The translations under genes were made by a program, and so were the position numbers. From Nitrospinaceae bacterium (lineage in GTDB: Bacteria > Nitrospinota > Nitrospinia > Nitrospinales > VA-1): a stretch of DNA of 38,602 bases. The stretch lies in NCBI GenBank assembly GCA_029937655.1, contig JAPYPK010000003.1:1-38602 (forward strand), given 5' to 3'. Positions within the stretch are counted from its first letter, which is position 1. Every line of letters starts with the position of its first letter. This document shows positions 1 to 10,967 of the stretch, one piece after another. The notes under the pieces were generated by a model that was given only the letters and a program-made list of their open reading frames with translations, did no database searches and was not told where the DNA came from.

Positions 1-153
1 AATACGCCTTTGTTCCAACTCATTCTCATCAGCGGGATTCCAGGGATGTCGATCTGCTGTATTTATTATTGAATCAGTCGATTGCGATTGGGAGCTTATC
101 GAGCAACCAATTAAGGAAGAAACAAAAAATATTAAAATCAATTTTTTAATCAT
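1..153 (-). CDS. Putative lipoprotein, N-terminal part (runs off the window edge)
   Basis: Not in the ORF track. Manual translation from ATG at 153: MIKKLILIFFVSSLIGCSISSQSQSTDSIINTADRHPWNPADENELEQRRI, open to position 1. Basic N-terminus, hydrophobic core and lipobox LIG-C. Confidence 0.75.
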   Translation of the reverse strand, partial: MIKKLILIFFVSSLIGCSISSQSQSTDSIINTADRHPWNPADENELEQRRI

Positions 154-223
154 TTTTAGTGAAAATTACTTTATAATTATAATATAACTTTCCTATATTA
201 ATAGAAAACTCCAATTATTTCAA

Positions 224-1126
224 GTGGTTAGAAATGTGAAAGATTATTATTCAATACTAGGTGTGCCTCGTGGCTCTACTGAGGAAGATATTAAAAAAGC
301 TTTTCGAAAAAATGCCATGAATTATCACCCCGATAGAAATAAGGACAACCCACGCGCAGAAGAAAAATTTAAGGAGATTAATGAGGCCTACGCTGTTCTG
401 AGTGATAAAGAAAAGCGGTCTCAATATGATCGATTTGGAAGTGATGGGTTTCGTAAACGTTTTTCAAGAGAAGATATATTCAGAGACTTTGATTTTGGGG
501 ATGCTTTTAGTTCTTTTGGCCCCCAAGCCGGTTCTCGTGGAACTGGGGGATTTCCCGATCTAGATAGTTTCCTGTCGGGACAAGGCTTTGGAGGTCCACG
601 TACAAGCAGAGGAAAGGACATAAGGCAGGATTTTTATATATCTTTTTACGAAGCAGCGCTCGGTACTAAACGTAGTATAATTATTGAATTAAACGGAAAA
701 AAAATAGAAACAACCTTCAAGGTACCGGTAGGATCTAAGGATGGGTGTCGATTAAGGCTTGTTGGGAAAGGCCAACCTGGAGAGAATGGAGGGTCTCATG
801 GGGATTTATACCTCAAAATACGTATTAATAAACATCCTCATTTCTCTAGAGAGGGAGATGACCTAGTCATTAGTAAAGAAATAAGTCCAACGGAAGCCCT
901 GCTAGGTGCTTCAGTTGAAGTTCCCACGCTCAATGATTCGAAATTCTTAACAATTCCTCCATGCACTCAAAGCCACACAAAACTTAGAATCAAGGGAGTT
1001 GGTATCCCATTCAATCAAGGTAAGAATACGGGAGACCAGCTAGTTCGCATTATTGTCAAGTACCCCAAGCAACTCACAGAACAACAACTTGAACTGGTTC
1101 ACAAGCTAAAAGTTTCTGGTTTGTGA
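224..1126 (+). CDS. Class II DnaJ/CbpA-like co-chaperone
   Basis: J domain (DYYSILGV, HPD motif), G/F-rich linker and DnaJ C-terminal domains (GDLYL, HPHFSREGDDL). No CxxCxGxG zinc finger. Confidence 0.93.
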   Translation: MVRNVKDYYSILGVPRGSTEEDIKKAFRKNAMNYHPDRNKDNPRAEEKFKEINEAYAVLSDKEKRSQYDRFGSDGFRKRFSREDIFRDFDFGDAFSSFGPQAGSRGTGGFPDLDSFLSGQGFGGPRTSRGKDIRQDFYISFYEAALGTKRSIIIELNGKKIETTFKVPVGSKDGCRLRLVGKGQPGENGGSHGDLYLKIRINKHPHFSREGDDLVISKEISPTEALLGASVEVPTLNDSKFLTIPPCTQSHTKLRIKGVGIPFNQGKNTGDQLVRIIVKYPKQLTEQQLELVHKLKVSGL

Positions 1127-1176
1127 GAAATGAATGATGTCTGTGGTCAACTTTTTCTAACATATAACGATAAGAT

Positions 1177-1473
1177 ATGGCTTCCATAAAATTTATTCCA
1201 GACAAGATAATTCATCAAATTGAGGATGGTTGTCGATTAATTGAGATATGTGATGAAATCAATGTTTCTTTAGCTTTCGGTTGTACCGAGGGAAGTTGTG
1301 GTGTTTGTGAACTTACTGTTTTAGATGGAAAAAGTAACTTATCGAAAGTAACTGATGAGGAAAAAAATTATTTACTACCAGAAGATTTGGACCAAGGAAT
1401 GCGATTAGGTTGTCAATTAAAAGTTCGAAAAGGAGAGGTGTCTCTAACTTGGAGAAAAAGTAAGAAATCTTAA
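1177..1473 (+). CDS. 2Fe-2S ferredoxin
   Basis: FGCTEGSCGVC plus RLGCQ (C-x4-C-x2-C...C) in a 98-aa protein. Confidence 0.9.
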   Translation: MASIKFIPDKIIHQIEDGCRLIEICDEINVSLAFGCTEGSCGVCELTVLDGKSNLSKVTDEEKNYLLPEDLDQGMRLGCQLKVRKGEVSLTWRKSKKS

Positions 1474-1548
1474 AATATTTTTAATAATTTTAAATTGATA
1501 CTCTCATTATTTCTTTTCGGTTTAACACATTAAGAATTTTTTTAGCTA

Positions 1549-1577
1549 TTGACTTATCCTCGACATATAAATAAAAT
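1549..1577 (+). promoter_or_regulatory. Sigma70-type promoter of the pyr operon
   Basis: TTGACT (1549-1554), 17 bp spacer, TAAAAT (1572-1577), directly upstream of the PyrR leader. Confidence 0.75.
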
Positions 1578-1597
1578 GATTTTTGTTTAACTTTGAA

Positions 1598-1630
1598 CTC
1601 TTTAAACTGGTCCTGTGAGACCTTTAAGGG
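1598..1630 (+). promoter_or_regulatory. PyrR binding loop (anti-antiterminator RNA)
   Basis: CUUUAAACU-GGUC-CUGUGA-GACC-UUUAAGGG contains the UUUAA motif, an upper stem and the CNGNGA hexaloop typical of PyrR binding sites. It lies upstream of pyrR. Confidence 0.88.
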
Positions 1631-1658
1631 ATCTAATGCTATATTACATACATAAGCC

Positions 1659-1696
1659 AGCTCCTTCGTATAAACTTGCGTAGGGGCTATTTTTTT
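1659..1696 (+). terminator. Attenuator terminator of the pyr leader
   Basis: AGCTCCT...AGGGGCT stem followed by ATTTTTTT, ending 8 nt before the pyrR start. Confidence 0.8.
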
Positions 1697-1704
1697 GCCT
1701 TAAT

Positions 1705-2265
1705 TTGGAGTCAAAATTGAATTCTGCCGTTTTAAGCGAACAAGATATTTCCAGGGCGGTAACGCGTATAACTCATGAAATACTGGAAAAAAATAAAGGG
1801 GCTACAAACCTAGTATTGGTAGGAATCCGTACTAGGGGCGCAACTCTCGCAAAAAGAATTGTAAAAAAAATTAATGATATTGAAGGTTTAGAAGTAGACC
1901 TTGGAGTTTTAGATGTAACTTTATACCGAGATGATTTATCCGCGGGAAAACAAAATCCGGTAATCGAGAAAACAAGCATTCCCTTTGCTTTAGAGGGTAA
2001 GCACGTTGTCTTAATTGATGATGTGCTTTTTACGGGCAGATCAATCAGAGCCGCTATTGATGCTCTAATTGATTTTGGCAGACCTGCCTCTATTCAACTT
2101 GGTGTCCTGATCGACAGAGGGCACAGAGAACTTCCGATTAGACCTGATTATGTAGGGAAAAATATTCCAACCTCTAAAGCTAACCACGTGCAGGTTCAAA
2201 TGCGAGAAGATGACGGCAAAGATGAAGTTTGCATAATAGATCCTCTAACTGTAGATAATCCTTGA
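1705..2265 (+). CDS. pyrR: Bifunctional pyr operon regulator / uracil phosphoribosyltransferase
   Basis: RITHEILEKN, GIRTRG, LDVTLYRDD, PRPP motif VVLIDDVLFTGRS, DRGHRELPIRPDYVGKN. TTG start. Confidence 0.97.
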   Translation: MESKLNSAVLSEQDISRAVTRITHEILEKNKGATNLVLVGIRTRGATLAKRIVKKINDIEGLEVDLGVLDVTLYRDDLSAGKQNPVIEKTSIPFALEGKHVVLIDDVLFTGRSIRAAIDALIDFGRPASIQLGVLIDRGHRELPIRPDYVGKNIPTSKANHVQVQMREDDGKDEVCIIDPLTVDNP

Positions 2266-3197
2266 TGTTTATTCATAAAAATCTTTTAGGAACGAAAAGC
2301 CTATCCAATGATGCAATAACTACTATTTTAGATACGGCCGATTCCTTTAAAGAAATTTCCACTCGTCCCATCAAAAAGGTTCCTGCATTACGAGGGAAAA
2401 CCATCATTAATTTATTTTTTGAACCGAGTACTAGAACTCGTACTTCATTTGAAATAGCAGGTAAAAGGTTAAGTGCCGATGTTATCAATATTTCAGGGCC
2501 TTCTAGTAGTTCGGTTAAAGGTGAAAATCTAATAGACACCGCGCTAAACCTTGAAGCTATGCATCCAGATATTATGGTCGTACGTCATGCTCTCTCAGGA
2601 GCATCTGAAATGATTTCTCAGCATGTTAAATGCCCAATTATTAATGCCGGTGATGGTTTTCATGAACATCCTACTCAGGCCTTATTAGATTTGCATACCA
2701 TAAGAGAAGCAAAAGGAAGCTTGGAGGGCTTAAATATAACGATTGTTGGAGATATAGCTCACAGTCGAGTAGTCAGGTCTAATATTTACGCTATGAAAAC
2801 AATGGGTATGAACGTGAAACTTATTGGCCCCCCGACTATGATCCCTCAAGGAATAGATAAGATGGGTGTAAGTGTAGGCTATGATTTTGAAGGAGTAATA
2901 CATGACACAGATGTTATCATGATGCTCCGCTTACAAAAAGAAAGACAAAGCAGGTATCTCTTATCAAGTATTCGCGAATACTCTAATTTATATTGCCTTA
3001 CCTCTAAAGTCTTAGAAAAAGCAAAAGATGACGTTCTTATTTTTCACCCGGGACCGGTCAACCGTGGAATTGAAATTTCTCCAGACATTATGAGAAGCAA
3101 ACGGTCACTGATATTAACTCAGGTTACCAACGGAGTTGCTGTTCGTATGGCCCTGATGTATCTCCTTCTAGGAGGCAAAAATGACACTAGTAATTAA
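2265..3197 (+). CDS. pyrB: Aspartate carbamoyltransferase catalytic subunit
   Basis: FFEPSTRTRTSFE, HPTQALLD, HPGP. The ATG at 2265 overlaps the pyrR stop (TGATG); the track start is TTG at 2262. Confidence 0.97.
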   Translation: MFIHKNLLGTKSLSNDAITTILDTADSFKEISTRPIKKVPALRGKTIINLFFEPSTRTRTSFEIAGKRLSADVINISGPSSSSVKGENLIDTALNLEAMHPDIMVVRHALSGASEMISQHVKCPIINAGDGFHEHPTQALLDLHTIREAKGSLEGLNITIVGDIAHSRVVRSNIYAMKTMGMNVKLIGPPTMIPQGIDKMGVSVGYDFEGVIHDTDVIMMLRLQKERQSRYLLSSIREYSNLYCLTSKVLEKAKDDVLIFHPGPVNRGIEISPDIMRSKRSLILTQVTNGVAVRMALMYLLLGGKNDTSN

Positions 3198-4476
3198 AAA
3201 TGGAAGGTTTATTGATCCAGCCAATAGTTTGGATGAACCAAAGGATATCTTGGTCCATAAAGGAATAATTAAAGCTATAGAATCACCAGGGAGCATAAGT
3301 TTTGATGCTGGAGAAAAACCATCCGTTATTGATGCCAAAGGCTGTGTTGTTTGTCCAGGATTGATTGATATGCATGTACATTTTAGAGAACCTGGGTTCG
3401 AGTATAAAGAAACCATTACATCTGGATGCCAATCAGCGGCAGCTGGTGGGTTTACTTCTGTGGCAGTCATGCCAAACACTAACCCCGTAAACGATACACG
3501 AGCAGTTACAGAGCACATTCTAGCCCTAGCAAGGACTGAGGGTATTATCAATGTGTACCCCATTGCTGCTATTACGCAAAAACTTGAGGGAGAACGTTTG
3601 TCTGAAATGGCGGATCTGAAAAATGCTGGAGCGATAGCGTTTTCAGATGATGGGCGCCCCGTTATGAACAACGAGCTAATGCGCAGGGCATTTGAGTACA
3701 GCAAAATGTTTGAACTTCCACTGATTCAGCACAGCGAAATGCTAGATCTTACAGAGGGAGGTTGCATGAACGAGGGAATGGTGTCAACAGAACTCGGGTT
3801 AAAAGGCATGCCTGCAGAGGCAGAAGACATAATGGTATACCGTGATATAGCACTACTTGAAAAAACTGGAGGGCGGCTTCATGTCGCACACATAAGCAGT
3901 AAAAACTCTGTTGACCTTGTACGGCAGGCAAAGTCCAAAGGATTACCTGTAACCTGCGAAGTAGCTCCCCATCATTTTACTTTAACAGACGAAGCCGTGC
4001 GTGGATATGACACAAACACAAAAATGAGTCCTCCGCTTCGCGCAATTGAGGATGTTGAAGCTATTAAAGAGGGTTTAAGAGACGGGACAATTGATATTAT
4101 TGCCACTGACCACGCACCCCATGATATTACAGACAAACAGGTCGAATATCAGAATGCGTGCTTTGGAATCGTTGGATTGGAAACCGCCCTCCCCCTTTCT
4201 TTAAAATTAGTAGATGAAAAAATCTTATCTATGGGTGATGTCATCAAGAAACTCACCTCCACTCCCGCAGATATATTCAATCTAAAAGCTGGAAATCTTT
4301 CGTTGGGTAACGAAGCAGATATTTTAATTTTTAATCCAAGTCTTGAATACTCCATCGATATTTCAAAATTTCATTCCAAAAGTAAGAATAGCCCTTTTGA
4401 TGGCTGGAAAGTTAAGGGAAAGGTCCTCCACACATTAGTCAAAGGAAAAACTGTTTACTCAGTAAATGAAAATTAA
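3181..4476 (+). CDS. pyrC: Dihydroorotase (type I)
   Basis: PGLIDMHVHFREPG, MPNTNP, ATDHAPH. GGAGG SD upstream. Confidence 0.96.
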   Translation: MTLVIKNGRFIDPANSLDEPKDILVHKGIIKAIESPGSISFDAGEKPSVIDAKGCVVCPGLIDMHVHFREPGFEYKETITSGCQSAAAGGFTSVAVMPNTNPVNDTRAVTEHILALARTEGIINVYPIAAITQKLEGERLSEMADLKNAGAIAFSDDGRPVMNNELMRRAFEYSKMFELPLIQHSEMLDLTEGGCMNEGMVSTELGLKGMPAEAEDIMVYRDIALLEKTGGRLHVAHISSKNSVDLVRQAKSKGLPVTCEVAPHHFTLTDEAVRGYDTNTKMSPPLRAIEDVEAIKEGLRDGTIDIIATDHAPHDITDKQVEYQNACFGIVGLETALPLSLKLVDEKILSMGDVIKKLTSTPADIFNLKAGNLSLGNEADILIFNPSLEYSIDISKFHSKSKNSPFDGWKVKGKVLHTLVKGKTVYSVNEN

Positions 4477-4504
4477 TAGCCCTTTTAAAAATTTATAAAA
4501 AATT

Positions 4505-5632
4505 ATGAAAGCTATTTTGGCCTTAGCGGATGGAAGAATATTTGAAGGAACGTCCTTCGGTGCGCAAGGTGAGGCTGATGGTGAAGTAGTATTTAACACC
4601 AGTATGACTGGATATCAGGAGATTCTAACAGACCCTTCATATTTTGGACAAATGGTGGTCATGACCTACCCTCTCATTGGTAATTATGGGGTTAATTCGG
4701 AAGACTTTGAATCTGAGCGACCTCACCTTTCTGCTTTCATTATAAAAGAATTAAGCGCCATCCCAAGTAACTGGCGATCTCAAGAATCATTGCATGATTT
4801 TCTTGCTCAGCATGGCATTATAGGAATTCAAGGGATTGATACTAGAGCATTGACACGCCACATTAGAAACACCGGGGCCCAACAGGCTGTAATTTCAACT
4901 AAATCAACTGATCGAAAGAAGTTAGTTGCTCAAGCAAATCTATTACCCTCTTTAGAAGGTCGTGACTTAGTAAAAGAAGTGACCTGCAAAGAATCATACG
5001 AATGGTGCGAGGGTGAGTGGGAATTGAATAATGGAAAGACTGCTTTTAAAGGCACTCCTATGTCCAGCAACTATTTTATTGTTGCCTATGATTTTGGGAT
5101 TAAAAGAAATATTTTGCGAAAGCTTGTTCAGGCAGGATGCCGGGTAAAAGTAGTGCCTGCCTCAATGCCGGCTAAAGATGTTCTTGCAATGAACCCAAGC
5201 GGTATATTTTTATCAAATGGACCGGGCGATCCAGCAGCAGTGGAATACGCTTTGAAAAATGTAAAATATTTGATTGGGAAAATCCCGATATTTGGGATAT
5301 GTCTTGGACACCAAATTCTCAGCCTTGCATTAGGAGCGCGTACCTATAAATTAAAATTTGGTCACCATGGAGGCAATCAACCTATTATTAATTTAAAAAG
5401 TAGTAGCGTTGAGATAACAGCTCAAAACCATGGATTCGCTGTTAATGCGACATCCCTGAGTAGTGACTGTGAAATCACATCCACTAATTTAAATGACAAT
5501 ACGATTGAGGGAATCCGCCATAAGTCTCTCCCGATTTTATCGGTTCAATATCACCCAGAAGCATCACCGGGACCACACGATTCGTCACACTTATTTAAAG
5601 AATTCACTGAATTAATAGATATAAATAAATGA
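4505..5632 (+). CDS. carA: Carbamoyl-phosphate synthase small subunit
   Basis: [39 protein letters not shown]. Confidence 0.98.
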   Translation: MKAILALADGRIFEGTSFGAQGEADGEVVFNTSMTGYQEILTDPSYFGQMVVMTYPLIGNYGVNSEDFESERPHLSAFIIKELSAIPSNWRSQESLHDFLAQHGIIGIQGIDTRALTRHIRNTGAQQAVISTKSTDRKKLVAQANLLPSLEGRDLVKEVTCKESYEWCEGEWELNNGKTAFKGTPMSSNYFIVAYDFGIKRNILRKLVQAGCRVKVVPASMPAKDVLAMNPSGIFLSNGPGDPAAVEYALKNVKYLIGKIPIFGICLGHQILSLALGARTYKLKFGHHGGNQPIINLKSSSVEITAQNHGFAVNATSLSSDCEITSTNLNDNTIEGIRHKSLPILSVQYHPEASPGPHDSSHLFKEFTELIDINK

Positions 5633-6501
5633 TAAAAGATAGCATCGAGTATTTAATTAAAATCGCTACAAACCCTCCGTATTCAAACAACCTAATGGTA
5701 GCTCGTCAGGAATATCAAAAATATGCTGGTGATATTTTTGACGATGACAAATCCTATGAAAACCAAATGGCCTTATTTCTTGAATGGTATATTTTTGATC
5801 GCATTGAACCGGCACAAGATCAAACAGTACTTGAAATAATAATTAATAACGAGAAAGGAGCATCTCTCGACCTACAAAAAAATATCAATGTTTTTATCTC
5901 TCACATCCACGGCCTTTTCATAATCAAAAAAATAAAAGAAGATTATGTCAAAGTAATTAATTTATTTGATAATGAACAATATAAGGTTGTCGAACCTTCA
6001 GGAAAGCTTTATTTCAGCAAAAATAGTATTTTCGAGGGGAGACTTCTTACTTATGGAAACACCTATTACTTCACAGGAAACTTTTGTTTTCACCCAGATG
6101 ATTCAAAAAAATTCATTAAAAGTGAAACAAAAAAAATTTCCTCGTTACTAAAAGTAAACACAAAAGAACTAAAGCTGCAAAATGTAAAGTTGATGAATGA
6201 AAATAAAAAGCTAAATAAAGTCATTTCTTCCATAGAAAAAATTCAAAAAAAAATTCAAGGATTAAATTCCGAGAAAAAATTATTTAAAATTAAAAGCGAT
6301 CTATCTGAGCTAGAATTAATTAAAGAAAAACACGAAGAAAATTACTCCTTGCTAAAGAAAAATATTGATACATTTACCCAAAAAAAAATAATTCGTGAAA
6401 TACAATCAATCCAAACAAGATTTATATTAAAGCTTTCTTCTATGAGATTACTTTTAGATCGGTCTCGAAACATTGAACTTAAAGATATTTATAAAAATTA
6501 A
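5629..6501 (+). CDS. Hypothetical protein with C-terminal coiled coil, between carA and carB
   Basis: 290-aa ORF that fills the carA-carB gap exactly and overlaps both genes (ATGA and TAATG). K/E/L-rich heptad-like C-terminal part. Confidence 0.85.
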   Translation: MIKDSIEYLIKIATNPPYSNNLMVARQEYQKYAGDIFDDDKSYENQMALFLEWYIFDRIEPAQDQTVLEIIINNEKGASLDLQKNINVFISHIHGLFIIKKIKEDYVKVINLFDNEQYKVVEPSGKLYFSKNSIFEGRLLTYGNTYYFTGNFCFHPDDSKKFIKSETKKISSLLKVNTKELKLQNVKLMNENKKLNKVISSIEKIQKKIQGLNSEKKLFKIKSDLSELELIKEKHEENYSLLKKNIDTFTQKKIIREIQSIQTRFILKLSSMRLLLDRSRNIELKDIYKN

Positions 6502-9500
6502 TGCCTAAAAGGACTGACATAAAAAGAATTTTACTCATTGGCGCTGGACCGATTATCATCGGTCAAGCTTGTGAATTTGATTACTCTGGAACACAGGCAT
6601 GCAAAGCTTTGAAGGAAGAAGGATATGAAGTTATCCTGGTTAATAGCAATCCAGCAACCATAATGACAGACCCAGGGTTTGCTGATAAAACTTATGTAGA
6701 ACCAGTAACTCCTGAAATGGTTGAAATGATCATCAAGAAAGAACGTCCGGATGCCATTTTACCCACTATGGGAGGTCAGACTGGTCTAAATACGGCTCTA
6801 GCGCTTGCTGACAAAGGCGTGCTTGATTTATATAACGTTAAATTAATTGGAGCCGATATCAGGTCAATTCGAAAAGCCGAAAATCGTCAACTTTTTAAAG
6901 AAGCAATGTTAAGCATAGGCCTTAAAGTCCCCCCTAGCGGGCATGCTCAAACTCTTGATGAGGCATTGGAAATAGTAAAAGAAACAGGTTTCCCTGCAAT
7001 CATCCGCCCATCATTTACCCTTGGAGGCAGTGGTGGAAGTATAGCTTATGGACCTATAGAATTTGAGTCCCTTGTAAAATCCGCGATTAATATAAGTCCC
7101 ACTAATGAAGTTCTTATAGAAAAGTCTCTCATCGGTTGGAAAGAATATGAACTAGAAGTGATGCGCGACCACATGGATAACGTTGTCATAGTCTGTTCAA
7201 TTGAAAATCTTGATCCGATGGGGATACATACTGGAGATAGCATTACTGTAGCTCCCATTCAAACACTATCAGACAGGGAATATCAATTAATGCGCAATGC
7301 TGCAATTGATATCATTCGTGAAATTGGTGTCGAAACAGGTGGTTCTAATATTCAATTTGCTGTAGACCCAAAAAATGGGAATATGATAGTAATTGAGATG
7401 AACCCTCGAGTATCTCGAAGCTCAGCTTTGGCTTCAAAAGCGACTGGGTTTCCAATAGCCAAAATAGCCGCCAAACTTGCCGTTGGATATACATTAAATG
7501 AGATAAAAAATGATATCACACGTGTCACACCGGTATCATTTGAACCTACAATAGATTATTGCGTTGTAAAAATTCCACGGTTTACTTTTGAAAAATTCCT
7601 CACAAGCGACCCTGTTCTTTCTACACAAATGAAATCGGTTGGCGAAGTAATGGCCATAGGTCGTACCTTTAAAGAATCACTCAACAAAGCTCTTCGGTCT
7701 TTGGAAATTGATGTATTTGATTTAAGCAAAAATATAAAAAATATTTCTAGTGATTTTACATCGGACCAAGAAACCATTAAAAACAAACTAGAAAACATAT
7801 TAAACAAGCCACTTTGGAATCGACTCTGGTATATCGCAGAAGCACTTAGGAACGGATTTTCCGTTGAGGAAGTATATAAAATCACTTTTATTGACCCTTG
7901 GTTTCTTCAGAATATTCAAGACCTTATAGCTATTGAAAAAGAACTAGTTTCCACAGGAAATCTTGATGGATTGACTGACGAACTACTTAAAAAAACCAAA
8001 CAGAATGGTTACTCAGATACTTTTATCGCGAAAATTCTCAATTGCAGTTCAACCGATATCCATGCTAGACGATGTTCATCTAATATTAAACCCGTTTATA
8101 AAAGAGTTGATACCTGTGGAGCTGAGTTCGAGGCACATACACCTTATCTCTATTCAACATACGAAGAGGAGTGCGAGGCTGAACCCACGAATAAAAAGAA
8201 AATTATGATACTTGGTGGTGGCCCTAATCGTATAGGACAGGGGATTGAATTTGATTATTGTTGTGTTCATGCATCCTTTGCACTTAAAGAATCTGGTTAC
8301 GAAACAATCATGGTCAATTGTAACCCTGAGACAGTGAGTACTGATTACGATACTTCTGATCGTCTCTACTTTGAACCGCTCACATTTGAGGATGTGTTAA
8401 ATATTGTGGAGGTTGAAAAACCAGATGGCGTTATAGTTCAATTTGGAGGACAAACACCTCTAAAACTTGCCATTCCACTAATGAGTGCTGGAGTACCAAT
8501 CATTGGAACGAGCCCAGATAATATTGACAGAGCCGAAAATAGAAAATTATTTTCGGAGGTTATTGGAACCCTTAATTTAAAACAACCAGCAAATGGAACA
8601 GCAACCTCATTTGACGACGCGCAAGAAATTGCTAAAAAAATTGGCTACCCAGTTGTTGTACGACCCTCATACGTTTTAGGAGGACGTGCAATGGAAATCG
8701 TGTATGATCGAGAACGCCTTGAATACTATATGGGAAATGCTGTTGAAGCATCACCTGAGCATCCAGTTTTAATTGATAGTTTTCTTGAAAATGCAATTGA
8801 GATTGATGTAGATGCTATTTCTGACGGAAAATCAGTTTTCATAGGGGGCATTATGGAACATATTGAAGAAGCGGGTATTCATTCTGGTGATAGCGCCTGT
8901 TCACTTCCTACCTTTTCCATAAAACCTGAAACCTTAGCATCAATAAAAGACCAAACACGTAGGCTTGCTTTAGAGTTGAATGTGATCGGTTTAATTAATA
9001 TCCAGTTCGCAGTTAAAACCAACGAGATCTTCGTTCTGGAGGTTAACCCAAGGGCGTCTAGAACTATACCGTTTGTGAGTAAAACTACCGGGATTCCCCT
9101 CGCAAAAAAAGCGGCCCTTGTAATGGTTGGAAAATCATTAAATGAGCTCGGTTTGACAAAGGAACCTATTTTATCTCATATAGCCGTGAAAGAATCTGTT
9201 TTCCCATTCAATAAATTTGACAACGTCGACATTCTTTTAGGACCAGAAATGAAATCCACCGGTGAAGTAATGGGAATTGACAAGTCTTTTGGAATGGCAT
9301 TTGCCAAAGCGCAGCTAGCGACAGGAATAAAGCTTTTAAATAAAGGGTCTGTATTTATCAGTGTTAAGGATTCGGACAAACCTAAAACACTAAAGATCGC
9401 TCAGGAATTTTCTATGAATGGTTACACTGTTATATCCACGAAAGGAACAGCCAAATACCTTAACAAAAATAATTTAAATGTAGTTGAGGTCAATAAGGTA

Positions 9501-9755
9501 AAAGAGGGTTCTCCCCATATTGTCGAAAAAATTAAAAGTGGAGAAATTCAATTTGTAGTCAACACAACATTTGGTGAGCAATCAATCAAAGATTCTTATT
9601 CATTGCGGCGCGCAGCACTTAACACTAATATCCCCTATTACACAACGATAGCTGGAGCACTAGCTCTGCTCAAAGGTTTGCAAGCGCTTAAGGATAACGA
9701 TATGACCGTTACCTCTCTACAGGAATTTAGGTTAGAGCAGGGCAAAAACAATTAG
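6501..9755 (+). CDS. carB: Carbamoyl-phosphate synthase large subunit
   Basis: MPKRTDIK...[10 protein letters not shown], two ATP-grasp halves ([21 protein letters not shown]) and a C-terminal MGS domain. Confidence 0.99.
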   Translation: MPKRTDIKRILLIGAGPIIIGQACEFDYSGTQACKALKEEGYEVILVNSNPATIMTDPGFADKTYVEPVTPEMVEMIIKKERPDAILPTMGGQTGLNTALALADKGVLDLYNVKLIGADIRSIRKAENRQLFKEAMLSIGLKVPPSGHAQTLDEALEIVKETGFPAIIRPSFTLGGSGGSIAYGPIEFESLVKSAINISPTNEVLIEKSLIGWKEYELEVMRDHMDNVVIVCSIENLDPMGIHTGDSITVAPIQTLSDREYQLMRNAAIDIIREIGVETGGSNIQFAVDPKNGNMIVIEMNPRVSRSSALASKATGFPIAKIAAKLAVGYTLNEIKNDITRVTPVSFEPTIDYCVVKIPRFTFEKFLTSDPVLSTQMKSVGEVMAIGRTFKESLNKALRSLEIDVFDLSKNIKNISSDFTSDQETIKNKLENILNKPLWNRLWYIAEALRNGFSVEEVYKITFIDPWFLQNIQDLIAIEKELVSTGNLDGLTDELLKKTKQNGYSDTFIAKILNCSSTDIHARRCSSNIKPVYKRVDTCGAEFEAHTPYLYSTYEEECEAEPTNKKKIMILGGGPNRIGQGIEFDYCCVHASFALKESGYETIMVNCNPETVSTDYDTSDRLYFEPLTFEDVLNIVEVEKPDGVIVQFGGQTPLKLAIPLMSAGVPIIGTSPDNIDRAENRKLFSEVIGTLNLKQPANGTATSFDDAQEIAKKIGYPVVVRPSYVLGGRAMEIVYDRERLEYYMGNAVEASPEHPVLIDSFLENAIEIDVDAISDGKSVFIGGIMEHIEEAGIHSGDSACSLPTFSIKPETLASIKDQTRRLALELNVIGLINIQFAVKTNEIFVLEVNPRASRTIPFVSKTTGIPLAKKAALVMVGKSLNELGLTKEPILSHIAVKESVFPFNKFDNVDILLGPEMKSTGEVMGIDKSFGMAFAKAQLATGIKLLNKGSVFISVKDSDKPKTLKIAQEFSMNGYTVISTKGTAKYLNKNNLNVVEVNKVKEGSPHIVEKIKSGEIQFVVNTTFGEQSIKDSYSLRRAALNTNIPYYTTIAGALALLKGLQALKDNDMTVTSLQEFRLEQGKNN

Positions 9756-10849
9756 TATGACAAGGACGATAGGCCCTTGTAGTCCCCCCAAATGATATCG
9801 GGTTGAAATATATTTTTTTTCTTCTCTCGATGAGAGTTTCTTTTGGTCCAAGGAATTATTTTTGCCTCTATTTTTTTTGAACTTCTGTTTTTAGGAACAA
9901 CTAAATCACCAGGGGTTAAATTCACTCCCGCGACTATTTGCGCTTTCGAGAATCGCCCTTGAACCTCGCTGACCTTTATGATGCCTTTCCGGGAATACCT
10001 AGCACCCAAGTCAACTTTAGCTACTGGATCATTAAATTCAGGTTCTAACGAAAAAACGGTGAATACATCTTGTACATTAACACCATTTGCTTTCCCTAAA
10101 TTTATAATAGTACTATTATTTTTATGATCGATCGATATCAAATCACCCTCAAGCGGAACAGTATTTAAGGCGTTATAAATAAATACCTGTACTTGATCAT
10201 TCAAATTCCACAGAGCATTCCCCATTGAATGATCTTTAAAGGTATCTGATTGATAGCTAATATTCTGGACATTTATATCAAAAGGTTTTCGTCCTACACT
10301 TGAGTTAACTGTGAATATTTTTTTTACAAACGAGCGCCCCGTATGCAAATTCTGTAACTCTATGGATACCTGTATGAGCGCCAGCTCTTTATGAAGGCGT
10401 GCTTCTTTCTTTGTGTGGTTTTTTTTAAGCGGATTAGTATCTGGATTAAATATTAAAATATTACCTCGAACTTTGTACTGACTTAATGGAGCCTTCGTCA
10501 AAGAAGTAAAACTTGTCACATTGAGTTGGCTATCCTTATTAGTTTTTTTATCTTTCTTTGCTTTATTCCCCAATTGACTTTTAAACTTATTTGTTACATT
10601 TGATTCTATTTTTTTTAAGCGGACCACTTGAAAGACACCTAAATTAGTAAGACTGTTTTCAAGCATCGAGGAAAAAAAGATACCTGGTTTGAATTGATAC
10701 TCCCAGTCCACAGGATTAGAAAATGACTCCACTGTTATTTTTTTTATAAATTTTGCCTCTACATAGCTCTCAGAGAACAATAGAAAAGGAAAAAAAAGAA
10801 AATACATTAAATATGGTTTTGATAATATTTTTTTAGTTAAAGTACCCAT
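9752..10849 (-). CDS. Exported CsgG-like / FlgT C-terminal domain protein
   Basis: Signal peptide (ending VEA), CsgG/TolB-N-like segment (ITVESFSN...[15 protein letters not shown]) and an FlgT_C-like tail ([18 protein letters not shown]...[13 protein letters not shown]). Confidence 0.6.
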   Translation of the reverse strand: MGTLTKKILSKPYLMYFLFFPFLLFSESYVEAKFIKKITVESFSNPVDWEYQFKPGIFFSSMLENSLTNLGVFQVVRLKKIESNVTNKFKSQLGNKAKKDKKTNKDSQLNVTSFTSLTKAPLSQYKVRGNILIFNPDTNPLKKNHTKKEARLHKELALIQVSIELQNLHTGRSFVKKIFTVNSSVGRKPFDINVQNISYQSDTFKDHSMGNALWNLNDQVQVFIYNALNTVPLEGDLISIDHKNNSTIINLGKANGVNVQDVFTVFSLEPEFNDPVAKVDLGARYSRKGIIKVSEVQGRFSKAQIVAGVNLTPGDLVVPKNRSSKKIEAKIIPWTKRNSHREKKKNIFQPDIIWGDYKGLSSLSY

Positions 10850-10967
10850 ATCATTAAATATCGACAGTTAGGCATAAAATCTTCATATAAATATTCGTTT
10901 TATTATAATAAAATCTTTGTTTTTCCAAATTATAGCCTTCTATACTTGCTTCCAATCGTCTTGACCT

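Noticed and set aside
1153-1181. dif-like site (minus strand TTATGTTAGAA) and a possible GC-skew switch near the left end
   Set aside because: Only the XerD-like half matches and the XerC arm is absent. Spot checks of codon third positions did not show a consistent skew change.
3168-3704. 178-aa minus-strand ORF
   Set aside because: Antisense shadow of pyrC with no motifs. The same applies to the other short nested or antisense ORFs in the track.
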